Positions 37,781 through 50,469 are shown, numbered from the stretch's first letter. The stretch: DNA of 64,000 nucleotides from Felis catus (GCF_018350175.1 NC_058382.1:58220001-58284000), one strand, 5' to 3'. Notes: generated by a model from the sequence alone, not told the origin. Made by a program: numbers and translations.

Positions 37781-40587
37781 CCAACTGTGAAATGGAGCAG
37801 CGACCTGGGACCTGCTCTTTTTCTGTATCCGTGACGTATGCGACTTGCAAACTCTAAGGCGCTCCGGGATGGCTTTCGTCGCCACCCTTCGTGGCAGCTG
37901 CAGGGCCACCCTGGCCGGGGAGTCCAGAACAGGTGGCCGTCCGTGCTCAGAATGGACCCGCTGTGAGTGTCTGTCGTGTGTTTCTGGGGAACCTTCTGGG
38001 AGTTTATTTGAGAGAAATTGCTGCACAGCCCAGTTCCATAGAAGAAGGGGTAAAATGCTGGGACACGTGAGTGACCTCTGCCGCCCTCGTCTGGGGGTTT
38101 TCTGGAGAACTCCGGCAGGCATTGCTTCCTCGGTCGAGGCAGAAGTGAGACAGCCAGCCCATGCTGGGTTTCTGGAGGATGGATGTGGGAGAAGCCCGGT
38201 CCCCCTGTGCCGGGGGAGGGGCACCTGGGCCTCCTGTCTGGTTCTGACAGGCAGCCCCCGGAGCCTGAGTTTTTCTTGGCCAGCCTCCAACTGGTACAGC
38301 GCTGGCTTGGCCCTGAGCTCTTGTGGGACAGAAAGGAAGCTATTGAGGGCCAGCCGTGGGAGTTGTAAACTGGATAAATGGCCCTCCAGGATGCTTTTCC
38401 GCAGCTCTGCAGTGAGAATCCAGCCTGGGAAAATCCCAGTGTCCGTGATGCGGCTGCAGCCCAGAGAGGGAGAGTGGCTTGCCTGGGGTCACACAGCAAG
38501 GTCAAGCTGAGCCGGGAAGGCTCTTCCTGACCCCAGTCCGTGCCTTTCAGCAGCTCTGAAATCCTCTCTCGCCCTTTGACATAGCCTCTTCCATCCCATT
38601 AAAACCCGAGGCTTACTCCCCAAAGGCCAGCAGGAGCCAGACTCCGCGAAGCTGCCCCTTCCTCTGTGTGACAAGGCCCCGGGGTCAGGAGGCCACTGGA
38701 GTGACCTTACAGAAGTGTGCCTCCCAGGCCCCCCTCCACCCTGCTGCTAAAGGGCTCCCCAGCCACCAGGCCAAGAGCCTGCGGTGGAAGGGGGGGGGTG
38801 CAGTTTGGGGAATGTGGCAGATGTCCTTTCCAGAAGGCACAGAGCCGGCCTGCCCTCCTTCCAGCCCTGCTGAGATTTTGGTGCGTGGGGGGGGTGGGGA
38901 GGGGGGCGGTTCTCTGGTGCTTTCTAGATGTCAGGCCCCCTCACCGATCTGCAGCAGGGGGCCGGGGCGGAGGCAGCCGGGCGTTTGTCCCCGCCACCCT
39001 GGAGACCCCGGGGGACCCCCTGAGGAAGCCCTGCAGGGTTACGGGGTCTGCGGTCCCCGGCGCCCCGCGTCAGATTTATCAGGCTCGCCCGTGCACCCTC
39101 CTGACAAGGCCAGAGCCCCCCCCCCTGCCCCGCCAGCGGCTTGCTTAAAAGGTTAATCCCCTCCCTCTGTGACTGCTCCCCGCGCCCCCCTCCCCCTCCT
39201 CCCCGGTTTTTTACGCTCCAGTTAATTAAATGTGGCTGCCTATTGTCAGAAGACAAAGTTGGATATTTATTACACCTTGGCGCTCCCGAATGTCAAAGGC
39301 GCACACAGTTCGAAGACACACGGGCAGGGAAGAAGTCCAAGCCTATGTCCGCAGGGTCCAGGGCGGGCAGGCCGGCTGCCGCCACCCCGTGTGACCCGCA
39401 GTCCTTCCAGATTTGGCTGCAGCTAGCCAGCTTCCCCCACCGCGGGCCTGACATTGTGTGTTTCCCCGGGTGGCTCTGGCGGGAATCGCCAGGAGATCTG
39501 TTATCTGGCATAAACATCCTGGTCCCACACATTATTTCACTGGAAGGAATTAGAGACGCCGCTGAAACGTACACAGAGCCTCCTTGCAGTTTCTTCTGGG
39601 GGGTTCGGTGGGCCGGCCCGAGGGAGTGTCTGCAGCCCCCCCCCCGCCCCCCCAGCACCGGCCCAGGCCAGGGAGCTGGGACACCCCCCCCCCCCATCAG
39701 CCTCCCACCTTCCCATCTCCTGCTTGGCTCTTGGCATTCCGTTTTCACTTGCGCCCTGCAAAAGCGACGTGGCTAATCGTGATTTTTTTTTTTTTCCATG
39801 TGGGGAGGGGAAATATGGATGCGTTCATTTTATAGTCCCCCCCCCCCCTTAATAATAATGCTTTAAAGATGTCTGACATCTGTAACTAACAGCTGGCATC
39901 CTGTTATGGAAGAATGTCCTTTTATTTCAAAGCAGGTTGAACTGTCATTAATAGTATAATTAGGTGATTATCACTATATAGCAGAAAACTGCTTAATTGC
40001 AGAGATCGTTTTTCTAGGATTCCAGTCTTTTTATGGTTATATTTGTTTTAGCTGTTTGAATTTTCATGATATTTTGGCATTTGGTACGTTGCCTCGTTTT
40101 TGTGTGTGCGTGTTTCTTCTTCCTGTTTTGTAACGTGTCTGACAGCTGTCTTCGGGAGCATTTGGTCCCGAGGAATCTTCTGGTGTTAAAGCAGCACTGG
40201 GGAGCATTACCTGGAAGAGGTTTCTTACCCTGGGGCCCTGTTTAACCCGCTCTGTGCCAGGCCGGCATCCTCCAGGAGCAGGCCCCCCGGAATCCCAGGC
40301 GCCCTCTGATTTATCTGATCCCGCTGCGGATAATAGTGTGAAATTAGGCGTTTAACCCGAGAGCCAAGGTTGTCTGTTAAGAGGCCCCTTTTACAATGCA
40401 ATTTATTTTTACGGCGCGTCCTTAATACACAATGTTACCAAATGCCTCTGAGTTGCAGTGGATTCCGGAGAGAAAGGCGCAAGTGAAGAAAGGGACGTGG
40501 TCTCGGATGCAGCTGGAAGAGTTTTATCTTTCTAAACAGCACTTTGAGTGAAACTGAATGCGGAGGTGAGATTGTCCCTTAAAAAAA

Positions 40588-40633
40588 TTTTTTAAGTTTA
40601 TTTTGAAAGAGAGAGTGTGAGTGGGGGAGGAGC

Positions 40634-40682
<49 letters not shown>

Positions 40683-40817
40683 GAGAGAATCCCATGCAGC
40701 CTTCCGCACTGTGAGCGCAGAGCCCGGAGCGGGGCTCGAACTTGGAAACCGCGAGATCATGACCTGAGCAGAAATCAGGAGTCGGGCGCTTAACCCACTG
40801 AGCCACCCGGGCGCCCC
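40588..40817 (-). mobile_element. Can-SINE with a long (GA)n segment
   Basis: ggggctcgaacttggaaaccgcgagatcatgacctgagcagaaatcaggagtcgggcgcttaacccactgagccacccgggcgcccc; degenerate TSD ttgtcccttaaaa / ttgccctttaaaa. Confidence 0.93.
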
Positions 40818-42899
40818 CAAGGTTGCCCTTTAAAAGCAGGCAGGAGCCAGGTGCTGACCTGCTCTGCGTGAGACACCCATATTCTCGGGCTCGCCCAGCG
40901 GTGGGGACGCGGGCTGTGCGGAGTCCCAGAGCGGACCCCGGAGCGCAGCCTCTGTTCCACCCCGACTCCCAGAGCGGAGTTCCCTTTCTTCCTAGAAGCT
41001 CAGCCCTCCCAAGGGCAGGGCTGTGTTACAGGTGTCGTGACCGTGTGGATGCCCGTCGTAGGTTGTTAAGCCTCTTTCTTTCTTACGAGGTCAGGGAGAG
41101 ACTCACTAGCACCTGTTCCCTGAGATTGTAGTGTGGGTTCCTGGCTCGCCTTGGCCGAGCCCGGCGTGAGCCTGGGAACCTCATGCTTCTGCCTTGCCTG
41201 GCCCCTGCAACCCCCCAGGGAGGTTCAGCAGGCCCCTGAGGCCCCCACACCCTCCGGCTGATGGCCTAGTTCCTAAGAGCAGGCAGGCCCTCCCTGACTG
41301 CGGGCTTTGCGTGGGGCTTTATACCCCCTTCCCCGTGTCCCAGGCAGGAAACCAAGGTCCTGGAGGTGGGCTGAGCTGCTCCTGGCACCATCGTGGGGCC
41401 CAGCTAGGGGTAGATGCAGGCATGTGATGGGTGACGTCGTGGAAGGCGGGTCACAGGCCCGCCCAATATAAGTGCCTGGGACCCCGCCAGGAAGCACCTT
41501 ACTGAGAAGTGGGGGCTATGCCTTCAGGGCACTTTTGTTTTCCTCTGCTGTCCCTGGGCCTGCCGCCCTTCTGAGGCTGCGGGAGGGAGTGATCTGGAGC
41601 CAGCCGGAGCCAGCAAGAGACTTGGGCCTGGCCGGGACCCCGCCCTCCTGCAGCGGGCCCCTGTGAGCCCCCGCGGGGCACCTAGCCTAGCTGTGCCTGC
41701 GTCTGTCCGTCCGTCCGTCCGTCTGCTGAGTGCTCTCACCTTCCCGTATCTCAGAGGCAGAAGCTGAGCCTGGAGAGGCATCCAGGGTGTGACAGCGGCC
41801 GGAGGTCTAGGGTGTCTGGGCAGTTCCGCATCACCAGCTCCAAAGAGCTCCGGTGTCAGACTGCCTTTCCGTTGGCACTGATGGTTTTTTCCCACCTTTC
41901 CAAGACTTTCTGGGGGAAATCAAGGTGCCCCCCCCCCACAGCAGAACAGATAGAGGCCCAGATTCAAGGTTGTCCCTGGACCATCCCACCGCCCCCCGGG
42001 TCTCCAGAATTTTGTAATGCTCAGCTGGGGCCTTCTGAGATGGTCAGAAGCCCAGTGTCTGGCTCCTGAGGGCAGGAAGGCCAGCTTGCCTTCCTGTGCT
42101 TGGCTCCCTTCTGCAGAGCAGGTACCTGGACCCAGGAGAGACTGGGATTGGCAGCCACATGGACCGTGGAGGGCAGATCAGCAGGGGGGTGCTGTGTGGC
42201 TTTAGTAAGTCCCTTCCCTCTCTGAGCCTCTGTTTCTTAGCTGCCAGCCACCTGGTGTTGGGAGGCTGTTAGCCTTTGATCTGCTGGAGGCTTGTCTGCT
42301 CCTCCTCCCTGCTCCTGCCGGCACCCAGGGCCTCAGGAGGGACTGTCAGAGCAGCCTGCTGTGTCGTGTGTCGGCGCCTGGGAGGGGGACGCTGGACAGC
42401 CACCCCTGGCTTCTATGGCCAGAAGATAAATAACCCCTAATCAGTGTTTCCACCTTAAGGCCCCTAATAACATTGGAAGCATAGCTGCTGGACCCTGGTG
42501 TAGACCGGGGTACAGCCTCACTCAGGGCTGGGGCAGTGGGAGTCGGGGGAGGTCGACTCGGGGCCACAGCCTGAAGCACCTCGGCTCCCAGTGGACAAAA
42601 GCACAGGTCGCTTGGCCCTTAGTCCCTCTGTGCCAGGTGGCCGTTGGCCGGGGCTGGTACCCATTTTGCAGATGGGGACGCTGAGGCCTGGGGAACTTTT
42701 CTCCTGCTGCCCGGCTTGTGTGCCTGGCCCTTTGCTGATATTCTTTCCGGTTTTGACAGCAAGAATGTGGTAGCTGTTACTAGTGTTCTGGCGCCGGGAA
42801 CAGAAGCCTAGCTGGCTAAACCGCCTCTGAAAGCCCCGTGGACGGGGAGTGGTAAAAGTAGGATCTGAACCCAGCCCTGCTGGCTGAGCAGTCCCTTCG

Positions 42900-43215
42900 G
42901 GTCACGTCACATCAGGTGGCTCCCCCTGCTCCAAACCCTCCTTAGGATAAAGGCCAGCGGTCTTAGCAGCATTGTGTGCCATGCCCCGTGTCCCCTGACC
43001 ACAGGTGGTCCCACCTCAGGGCCTTTGCACATGCCACGACTCGCCTCCCTGCGTACACTCGTCACACACCTGACATGCGTTTTCTGTGTATTTTACTGTT
43101 TATCTCCCCAGCTGGACTGTAAGCTCTGCCAGAACAGGGAGAGATGTGGTTTGTCTTGTTCACAGTTGTATCCCGGTGCTAACAAAGTACCTGGCAGGCA
43201 GTGGGCACTCACTCA
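42900..43215 (+). mobile_element. L2 3' fragment
   Basis: cccacctcagggcctttgcacatgc...tatctccccagctggactgtaagctctgccagaacaggg...gtcttgttcacagttgtatccc...acctggca. Confidence 0.75.
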
Positions 43216-44886
43216 CGCCCGTTACTTGGAAGCCGTGCCTCACTGCAGGTCACAACCAGTCTGTGGCTCGGGATCTGCCGTACCCCCTCCTCGGGCAGCT
43301 TCAGCAGCGGGGGACCCCTGCGATGCCAGCGCCGAGCGCGGGCGAGCCAGAGCGGGCTCCGAGATGGGGGTGGGACAGAGAGGCCCCTCCCCTCGGGGGT
43401 GGGGCTTAGAGAACCACAGGGCCCTCCCCCGCCCGGGCAGGGCTTCCGCCTTGGGGTGGGATGGGGTTTCTGCCCGATCTAACCCACCCACTTCTTTTGA
43501 AATTCTGGCTGGGGCCAGCTGGGGGCGGGGGTCAGTCACAGACACAGCAGCGCTTTGTGTCCTTGGAATCCTTCTGTGGCCAACTTGTTGGGGAGGGCGC
43601 TTTGTATTGTAAATTTCCACCGAGTAATTATGTCTTAATGTATGATAATCCAGCTGGCCGGGTTGCTGGGCAGCCTGTATCAGCTGGGAGCCCGGGCCTG
43701 CTGTGGGCAGGGTGGCCGGGGTCAAAGTGACATGTCCTGGAGATCTGGGGACAGCGGGGTTTGCCTGGGTCCCGCTGCGTTGCTCCTGCGGGACCTGGGC
43801 TGGGGCTCCGGGGATTTGCCCGGACCTTGAGTGTAGGGGTGGGGGTGGGGGGCCGCTAAGGGTTTGTTCCTGGCGTGGTCCCTTACCTGTCCCTCATCCA
43901 GGCACGACAGTCCCCAAGGAGCCCCGGCCCAGCACCTCTCCCGCGGTTCCTGTGGCGTCTTAGGTCAGAACCAGCCCTGAAAGATGGTCCAGGCCCTGCT
44001 TGGAGTCGTGGATGGGGAGCTGACATTTTTGAACGTTCACTCTATGTTGGGCCCTGGGGTTCCAGGACTGAACTAAGCAGACAGAGATTCCTGAACTCCT
44101 GGACCAGGCGTGGAAGTTGGGGAGGTAGATAATGGACGAGATAAATAAGGTATGTGTCACGCAGTTACGAAGGAAAGATAACAGTGTGTGTAGGGGGAGG
44201 GGGGAAAGGGCGAGGGGATGGGTGCAGGTTTCAATTGGATGGGCCAGGGTGCGCCTTGGAGGGAGTAATAGCCCTGAAGGGAGTGAGGGAGCCGCCTTGG
44301 TAGATTTCTAGGGGAAGAGCAGCCCAGTGAGCTGGCTGGCATGTGCAAAGGCCCCGTGGCTGGAACTTCACTAAGTTGCCAGCTCTGAGTGTCTGTTCCG
44401 GAGATGTTCACAGAGCTTCCGCAAGCTGCGGGGAAAGGAGACAGAACAAGGGGGGACTTGGGGTCGGACGGGTATTCTGGCCCCGCTGTGGGAAAATCTG
44501 TGGCGATGCGGAGAAAGAGATGGGCTCAGAGAGAGAGGGTGAGTGGTGGGGGAGTACGTGCAGGAGTTCTGGAAGGGCCTTTCCTAGAGATGCCACGGGC
44601 CTTGGGTAGCAGGTGGTAAGTCTCGAAAGCCGAGGCTGAGCCCGGGACGGGGGGGGGGGGGGGGGCAGAGCTGGGGGGCAGGGCTGGTGTCTCTGCAAAC
44701 CTGTAGGGCTCGGGTATCCTCTGCCTCTGTGGAGACACAGCGGAGCCTGCCAGACGTCAGCCAAGGGGACACGTTGAGCTCGGTTTGACACGTGTCCCTG
44801 TCGATGCCCAGAGGGTCAGGTCTCTGGCCGGGCCACACAGCCCGGCAGTGGTGGCTGACACACAGCGAGGGGGGAGGTGGTGTCTC

Positions 44887-45225
44887 TGTTACGGATGGAA
44901 TGTTGGTGTCGTCTCCCCCAGATCCCTCAATTTAAGCCCTAACCCCCAGTATGGCTGTATTCTGAGATGGGACCTCTAAGGAAGTAATTCAGGTTAAATG
45001 AGGCCACGGGGTGGGGCCCTCTTCCGGTAGGATCAGTGTCCTGGTAAGAACAGACAGCAGAGAGAGCCCCCTTTCTGCTTCACGGGAGGACAGAGCGAGA
45101 AGGGGACTCCGTGCCATCCTGCCGGGGCCTTGATCTTGGACCCCGGCTTCCAGACCTTACCCGTCGTCGAAGCCACTTGGGCTGTGTGGTGTTTTGCTTT
45201 GTGGCCCAAGCAGCCCGTGACGGTC
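44887..45225 (+). mobile_element. MLT1A-like MaLR solo LTR
   Basis: tgttacggatggaatgtt...aagccctaacccccagtatggctgtattctgagatgggacctctaaggaagtaattcaggttaaatgagg...ccttgatcttggac. Confidence 0.85.
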
Positions 45226-45888
45226 ACGAGGCCCCCGATACAACCCTCGGGCATGATCTCCTGCGTGTGAGCCCGGGGGCCGAGTGTGAGTCCCCCAGGA
45301 GGGCTGTGTATGAGCCCGGCAGGTCGGCCGACTTGCCTTCATGAACGGTTTTAGTAAGGGTTTGGGGAAGCCCCTACTGGCCTGGTGTGGGGGTCCCGTC
45401 TGTCCCCCTCCATGAGGAGCTGCAGTGGGGGGGGGACTGAGGAAGGGTGCTTCCTGACGGGGGGCCTTTGGTAGGGAAGAAGCCGCCTCCCTCCATGCTG
45501 GGAACTAGGCACGCGGCAGCTTTGGAGAGGGAGGGGAGGCAGGGAACACAGACTTTGGGGTCAGGCCCTTGACAGCGGGTTGCCGGGGTCCAGGATGCTC
45601 AGTGTCCCGGGGCCAGGCCGGTGCCATGTGGGGCCATGTCCCGAGAGCCTGTGGAGCCTGGCGGTTGGGCCCAGAAGGTCCTGGGGCGCTGGGGAGACCC
45701 TGGCTCTCCGCTGAGTCTGGATGGGACGGGCGGGGCAGAAGCCAGAGTAAACCTGGGGGCGTGCTCCTGGGAAGGGGGGGTGATGGGCCCTGTCCTGTTT
45801 CTGTGCCACTGTTGAGGGGTGGGACCCTAAGGCAGGCCCCCGGGGAACCTGTTCCTACAGGGTCTTTGCTCCCTGACTCCATAGAGGG

Positions 45889-45889
<1 letters not shown>

Positions 45890-45932
<43 letters not shown>

Positions 45933-45945
45933 ACGCGCGCGCGTG
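45890..45945. repeat. (TG)n microsatellite followed by gcacgcgcgcgcgtgt
   Basis: Directly visible alternating purine-pyrimidine run. Confidence 0.95.
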
Positions 45946-46349
45946 TAGAGGGACAGGGACAGGGTGGTCAGTAACTTGGCCGACCCATGGGGACTGAGCC
46001 TTGCTTCACCCCCGTCTCTGATCCCAGGGACTACATGTGAGTCTCAGTGCACCACTGCAGCTGCCTGGAACTTTCCGCACTCTGTGCATCAGGCTGACCT
46101 CCGCCCTTCAGTCAGCGTCCCCTTCCTATGAGCTGGAGGCCTGGGGTCCCCTCTCCTGTCGAGGCCACTTGGGTCCTCGTGGTTGTGGGTTCCCAGCCCC
46201 AGCCGGCTGCATCTGAAGTCCACGGAGTTTAACAGACACAGAGTCCCGGGTCTCCTGCCACGCAGCAAATCGCATTCGGGAGACTCGGGCTGGAGCCTGG
46301 GGGTCTGCACCGCTCCAAGCCCCCCGCCCCGACTGGACGGTCACTCAGA

Positions 46350-47800
46350 TGTGGGAAGCAGGTACCGCCGGTGTGGGTTGCGGGGCGTGGGCCTCGTGGA
46401 GACTCCTGGCCCCCTGCGAGCGGGCTGCTGGTGCGGAATCAGGGGGGAGGGGGCCGGGGGCGCACGCACGTGCAGCCGCTTCTGCGCGAGGCCTGGTGTC
46501 ATCTCACATACGACTCTGAACCTGGCAGATGTAAAAGGATGCACTTAGCACCCCAAACAGGGCTCTGCAAACATTGCCTCCTCCCCGGAGGTGTCGGCAC
46601 CCCCCGGTTAATGTGTCCCGGCACAAAGGGAGCGTGCCAAGATTCCGCGTGACCTCGGCTCCTCCGCGCCTTCGGGGTAGCCGTCTGCCGCGGGAGTTGG
46701 CCGGGGTTCAGGGGGCTCGGGAAGCCCCCCGCGCGCTGGGCCGCTCGCGACGCCAAGCGCGGGAAAGGAGGTGGTGTTCTCTCTGGGAGCTGGCCGGAGG
46801 CCGGTCACTTGGGAGAGGACGAAGCTTCCTTGGCCCCGGATCGGTAAGAGGACCCCTTTGGCAAGGGGAGGGGGCCCTCCGGAACACAGTCCCCGCCGTG
46901 CACCCCGCCCAGGGGCGCCCCGAGCCCCGGCCCCCCTGTGTCGATAAACTGAGATTCTTCTCTCCACGGTTCGGGGCGCTGGGGGTGGGCACGGCCGTCC
47001 TGCACACCCCCCCTCGCCTCTTAATGCCTTCCTACCCCCAGCGCCCGTCTGTGGAGCCTGTGGTTGGTCGGCAGCCTGTCATTTAGCTGTTCCGAGCCAG
47101 CGATCGGGAGGCAGCACAAACTGTGGCATTTGCTGAGCGTAAAAATTCAATTAATTCCAGAAGGCAGATTAAATATAAGTGAGTTTTAATAATTTGCTGT
47201 AAAGTCGGAGGATTACTGGGGGCACGGGGAGGGAAACCACACATGCGTGTGCGATCAGGTTGCCGCGGCCGCGGGGGTGCGGGTGGAGCCCCTCACCCTC
47301 CCCGCGGGGCGCTCCCCCACCGCCCAGAGGCCGCCCGCCAGAGGGTGCTGTCGTGGGGTCTCCGGGCAGAACGTACAGGACCGGTGGGGCTGACCCAGCC
47401 TCCCGACTCCCCCCCCCCCACCCCGTGCACCCCACGCGGGGGAGCCGGCAGCTGAGGGCACAGGCGGCCGAGTCCTTCCTGAGCGACAGCACGTGCCCAG
47501 CGGGGCGGCCCCTTTGCCCCCGAATCTCTCTCTCTCTCTCTCTTTTATTTTCTTGCCTGCCCGTGGGGTCCCCCAGAGTTGACGGCTTCCAGTCCGGGCC
47601 CCGGAGCTCGTGTCGTCAGTCGTCCTAAGTTTGGAGGGCGTAAAGTGAGAGGGAGAAAACTCCCGTGGACCCCTCGGTCCCCCCGACGCACACAGGACCC
47701 ACACGCTCACACGCCTCCACTCCCGTGTGCGCCCGGTCGCACGCACACCCACCTGCCGTCGTGCGGGTGCACACGGTCCTGTCCCAGAAAGCCAGTAAGT
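46350..47800. promoter_or_regulatory. Intronic CpG-rich island with an AT-rich core (47080-47220)
   Basis: Dense CpG such as gcgcacgcacgtgc and ccgctcgcgacgcc, flanking aaaaattcaattaattccag...attaaatataagtgagt. Confidence 0.5.
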
Positions 47801-48283
47801 TGGTCGCCTTCCTGACTTGCCTCGGATTCGGGTGCCTGCTGTCCGTGCCTTTTGTCTTCTCCCACTGCCCAAACCCAGAAAAACAAAACAGGAGGCCTGA
47901 CCCCCTCCCCGTCCTCCTCCTCCCCGTGCTACCCAAAACGAGGCCTGACCCAGAAAAGGCGATTGGTAGAGGGGGCTGTCTGGAGCCTGCCTCTCCGGCC
48001 GCCCCTGCCCCAGGGGAGGCAGCGAGAGAAAGGAGGCAGGCAGCTTTTATGTCAAGACAGTGATGGTCCAGTGAGTACAAAATGCTATTTCAAAGCCAGC
48101 GTTCATCACTACCATTTCCCACTGTGATCTCCATAGATTTCTTTGTCTCCTTCAATTGGCCCTAATTATGGAACTGGAGGCTGCCTGATCAGTTTCATTC
48201 TTGTCATGAAATCCTGAGGGCACGCACGGGGACGGGGACACAGGCTCGCCAGCTGCACAGCCCGGAGACTGGCCTTGGGTCTT

Positions 48284-48350
48284 TGTGTGCGTGCGTGCGT
48301 GCGTGTGTGTGTGCCTGTGTGTGTGTGTGTGTGTGTGTGTGAGCGCGTGC
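48284..48350. repeat. Compound (GTGC)n/(GT)n microsatellite
   Basis: tgtgtgcgtgcgtgcgtgcgtgtgtgtgtgcctgtgtgtg... Confidence 0.9.
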
Positions 48351-50124
48351 GGGGGGGGGGGGGGCGTGTGCGCGTGCATGTGCTTAGAGACCTGCTCTCT
48401 CCCCCTCTGCTTGCTCCCCGAGAGGCCTGGCTGGTTCGGTGCCCCTCTTTTTTGGGCAGGAGTGAGTTCCCAGCGGACCTCCCAGCTGAGAACTGGCTAG
48501 CTGGGATGTGCATATGGTAAGCAGGCTGGGATGCTGGCTGCCACCGACTTGAACACCTGCAAAGACGAAAGCCACAGCCAAGCGTGGCTTTACCCTGCCT
48601 TCCCTCCACGCTCCCTCTAATGCCCTAATTATGCCGTGTTTGTTTCAGTAATTCACGCTCTCCGGGTACTGATCCATCAATAATGAATGTATTACCTGTC
48701 TCCGGGTAAGGTTGGGGAGATCCAGGATGCTGCTTTGAAAGCGTCTGCGAAGCAGAAGGGTCGGGGAGGCAGAGAGGCCCCCCCCCCCCCCGCCCGCAGC
48801 CTTCCTCTCTCCCAACCCTCCTTCCTCAGATGGCAGCATATTTGGCAAAAGGCATCTGAGCCTGGTACTTGGTGCGGCTTTTCCGTTCCCCCTCCGCTTT
48901 ATGCCTTTTTAATATTTAAAGCCATCATTGGGCTGAGCGATAAAATTCTTTCAAATCAAATTTTATCCTCCAATCTTGTGCTCTGCTTCCCCCTCTGGCC
49001 GGAAAAGTTGGTGGGGGCAGTGCTGGCTGAGCAGGGGTGCGGGGGGGGGGCGGTTCTGTCAGAGGGGAGCAGGTGCCAACGTGGAGGCTGCCGAGGCCAC
49101 CCCCACCCCCGCTGCCCATCCAGCATCCAGCCCAGGCCCCTGTGGGGTAAGGGGTGGGGTCTGCGTGGTCTGGACTGTGACCAGTGACAGGCCCACCCAG
49201 GACGGACCAGGGGAAGGTCGACGGACCCGAGGACGTATTCCAGGGCCAGATCCTGTCGTGTGGGGCTGGATCCCCCCTCCTCCCTTTTGCTGATTGCCAG
49301 GGCATCTTTGAAAAGATGGAAAAACAAAACCAAAAGGCGCGATGACCTGTGTGCCGTTTGCAGGGAGAGGGGAGAGAGGGGCAGCCACAGACCTCTGCCT
49401 GCTGTTGTCTCAGGAGCTGGCCAGGAGGACGGGACCATAAAATGAGCTTGGCCTCCAGGCACCAGCCTCCCCGGCTCTGCCTGCCAAGCCTGTGTTGTGC
49501 TGGCAGCCTGGAGCCCAGAGGTCGCTACCTATCGGTCCCCAAGGCTTGCAGGGACCAAAGGCCTGTCTGGGATGCTCCCCGCTCTGCCCTGCTTCTCTGG
49601 CTCCCGAAAAGACGCGCTCTGCCTGGGCTGTCTTTCTCCTCTTGCTGTTTTTGGTGGCCCTCCCGCATGGCAGACGAGGTGATGTCTTCAGGGTACCCAG
49701 GGACGCAGCCCGGTGCTGGGGGCCTGTGCCGGGAGACCCCATCGGGGACGACGCCAAGGGCAGCGGGGTTCCCCCGTGTTGCCAGCGCTTTCTCTAATGC
49801 CTTGTTTTGGGATGTCGTTGTCTGGAGGTGTCTTTCTGCCCGGCTGTACCTCCGTGTGGAGTGGGATACAGCCCAAGTCTGGAGCCTTCCGCTGTAACTG
49901 CAGCCTGGCATCAGCAGGTTGGGACCCCATCCTGGTTCTGATCCTTGCTTCCCGAATAGTCTTGGGCAGGCCACCCCTTCTCTGGGCCACAGGCGCTCCT
50001 TTGTAAGGCTGGTGGTGAGGACAGCGGCAACCGTCCCTCCTAAGTGATTCCTTGCCGGGCACCGAGCCGGGTCCCCGGTCTATACCTCTTCTGGCTCGAG
50101 GATGCCACGCGGTGCCTCCGTGAG

Positions 50125-50335
50125 GAGCAGGGACTCCGAGCCGGCCTGCCTGTGTTCACTTCCGGGCTCTGCCACTTACCAGCTGCGTGACCTCGACCAA
50201 ATCGTGCTACCTCTCTGTGCCTCAGTTCCCTCGCTTGTAAAATGGGGGTGAGAGAAGTGTCTCCCTCGTGGTGAGAGGTGGGGCTTTGCAGGGAGTAAGT
50301 GGGAAGTGCCCGGAACAGCAGGTAGCCATTATTTC
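50125..50335 (+). mobile_element. MIR
   Basis: ctctgccacttaccagctgcgtgacctc...acctctctgtgcctcagttccctcgcttgtaaaatgggg. Confidence 0.8.
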
Positions 50336-50469
50336 GTAACCTTAAACCTGCCCTCTGTCCGCTACCCAAGAGGGAAGATGCGATCCTCGTCCGAGGCTTA
50401 CCAAGAAAGTGACTTGTTTCACATCCGGTGTCCGATAAGGCTGATCAGCTCCAGGAGAGTCCCGGGGCG

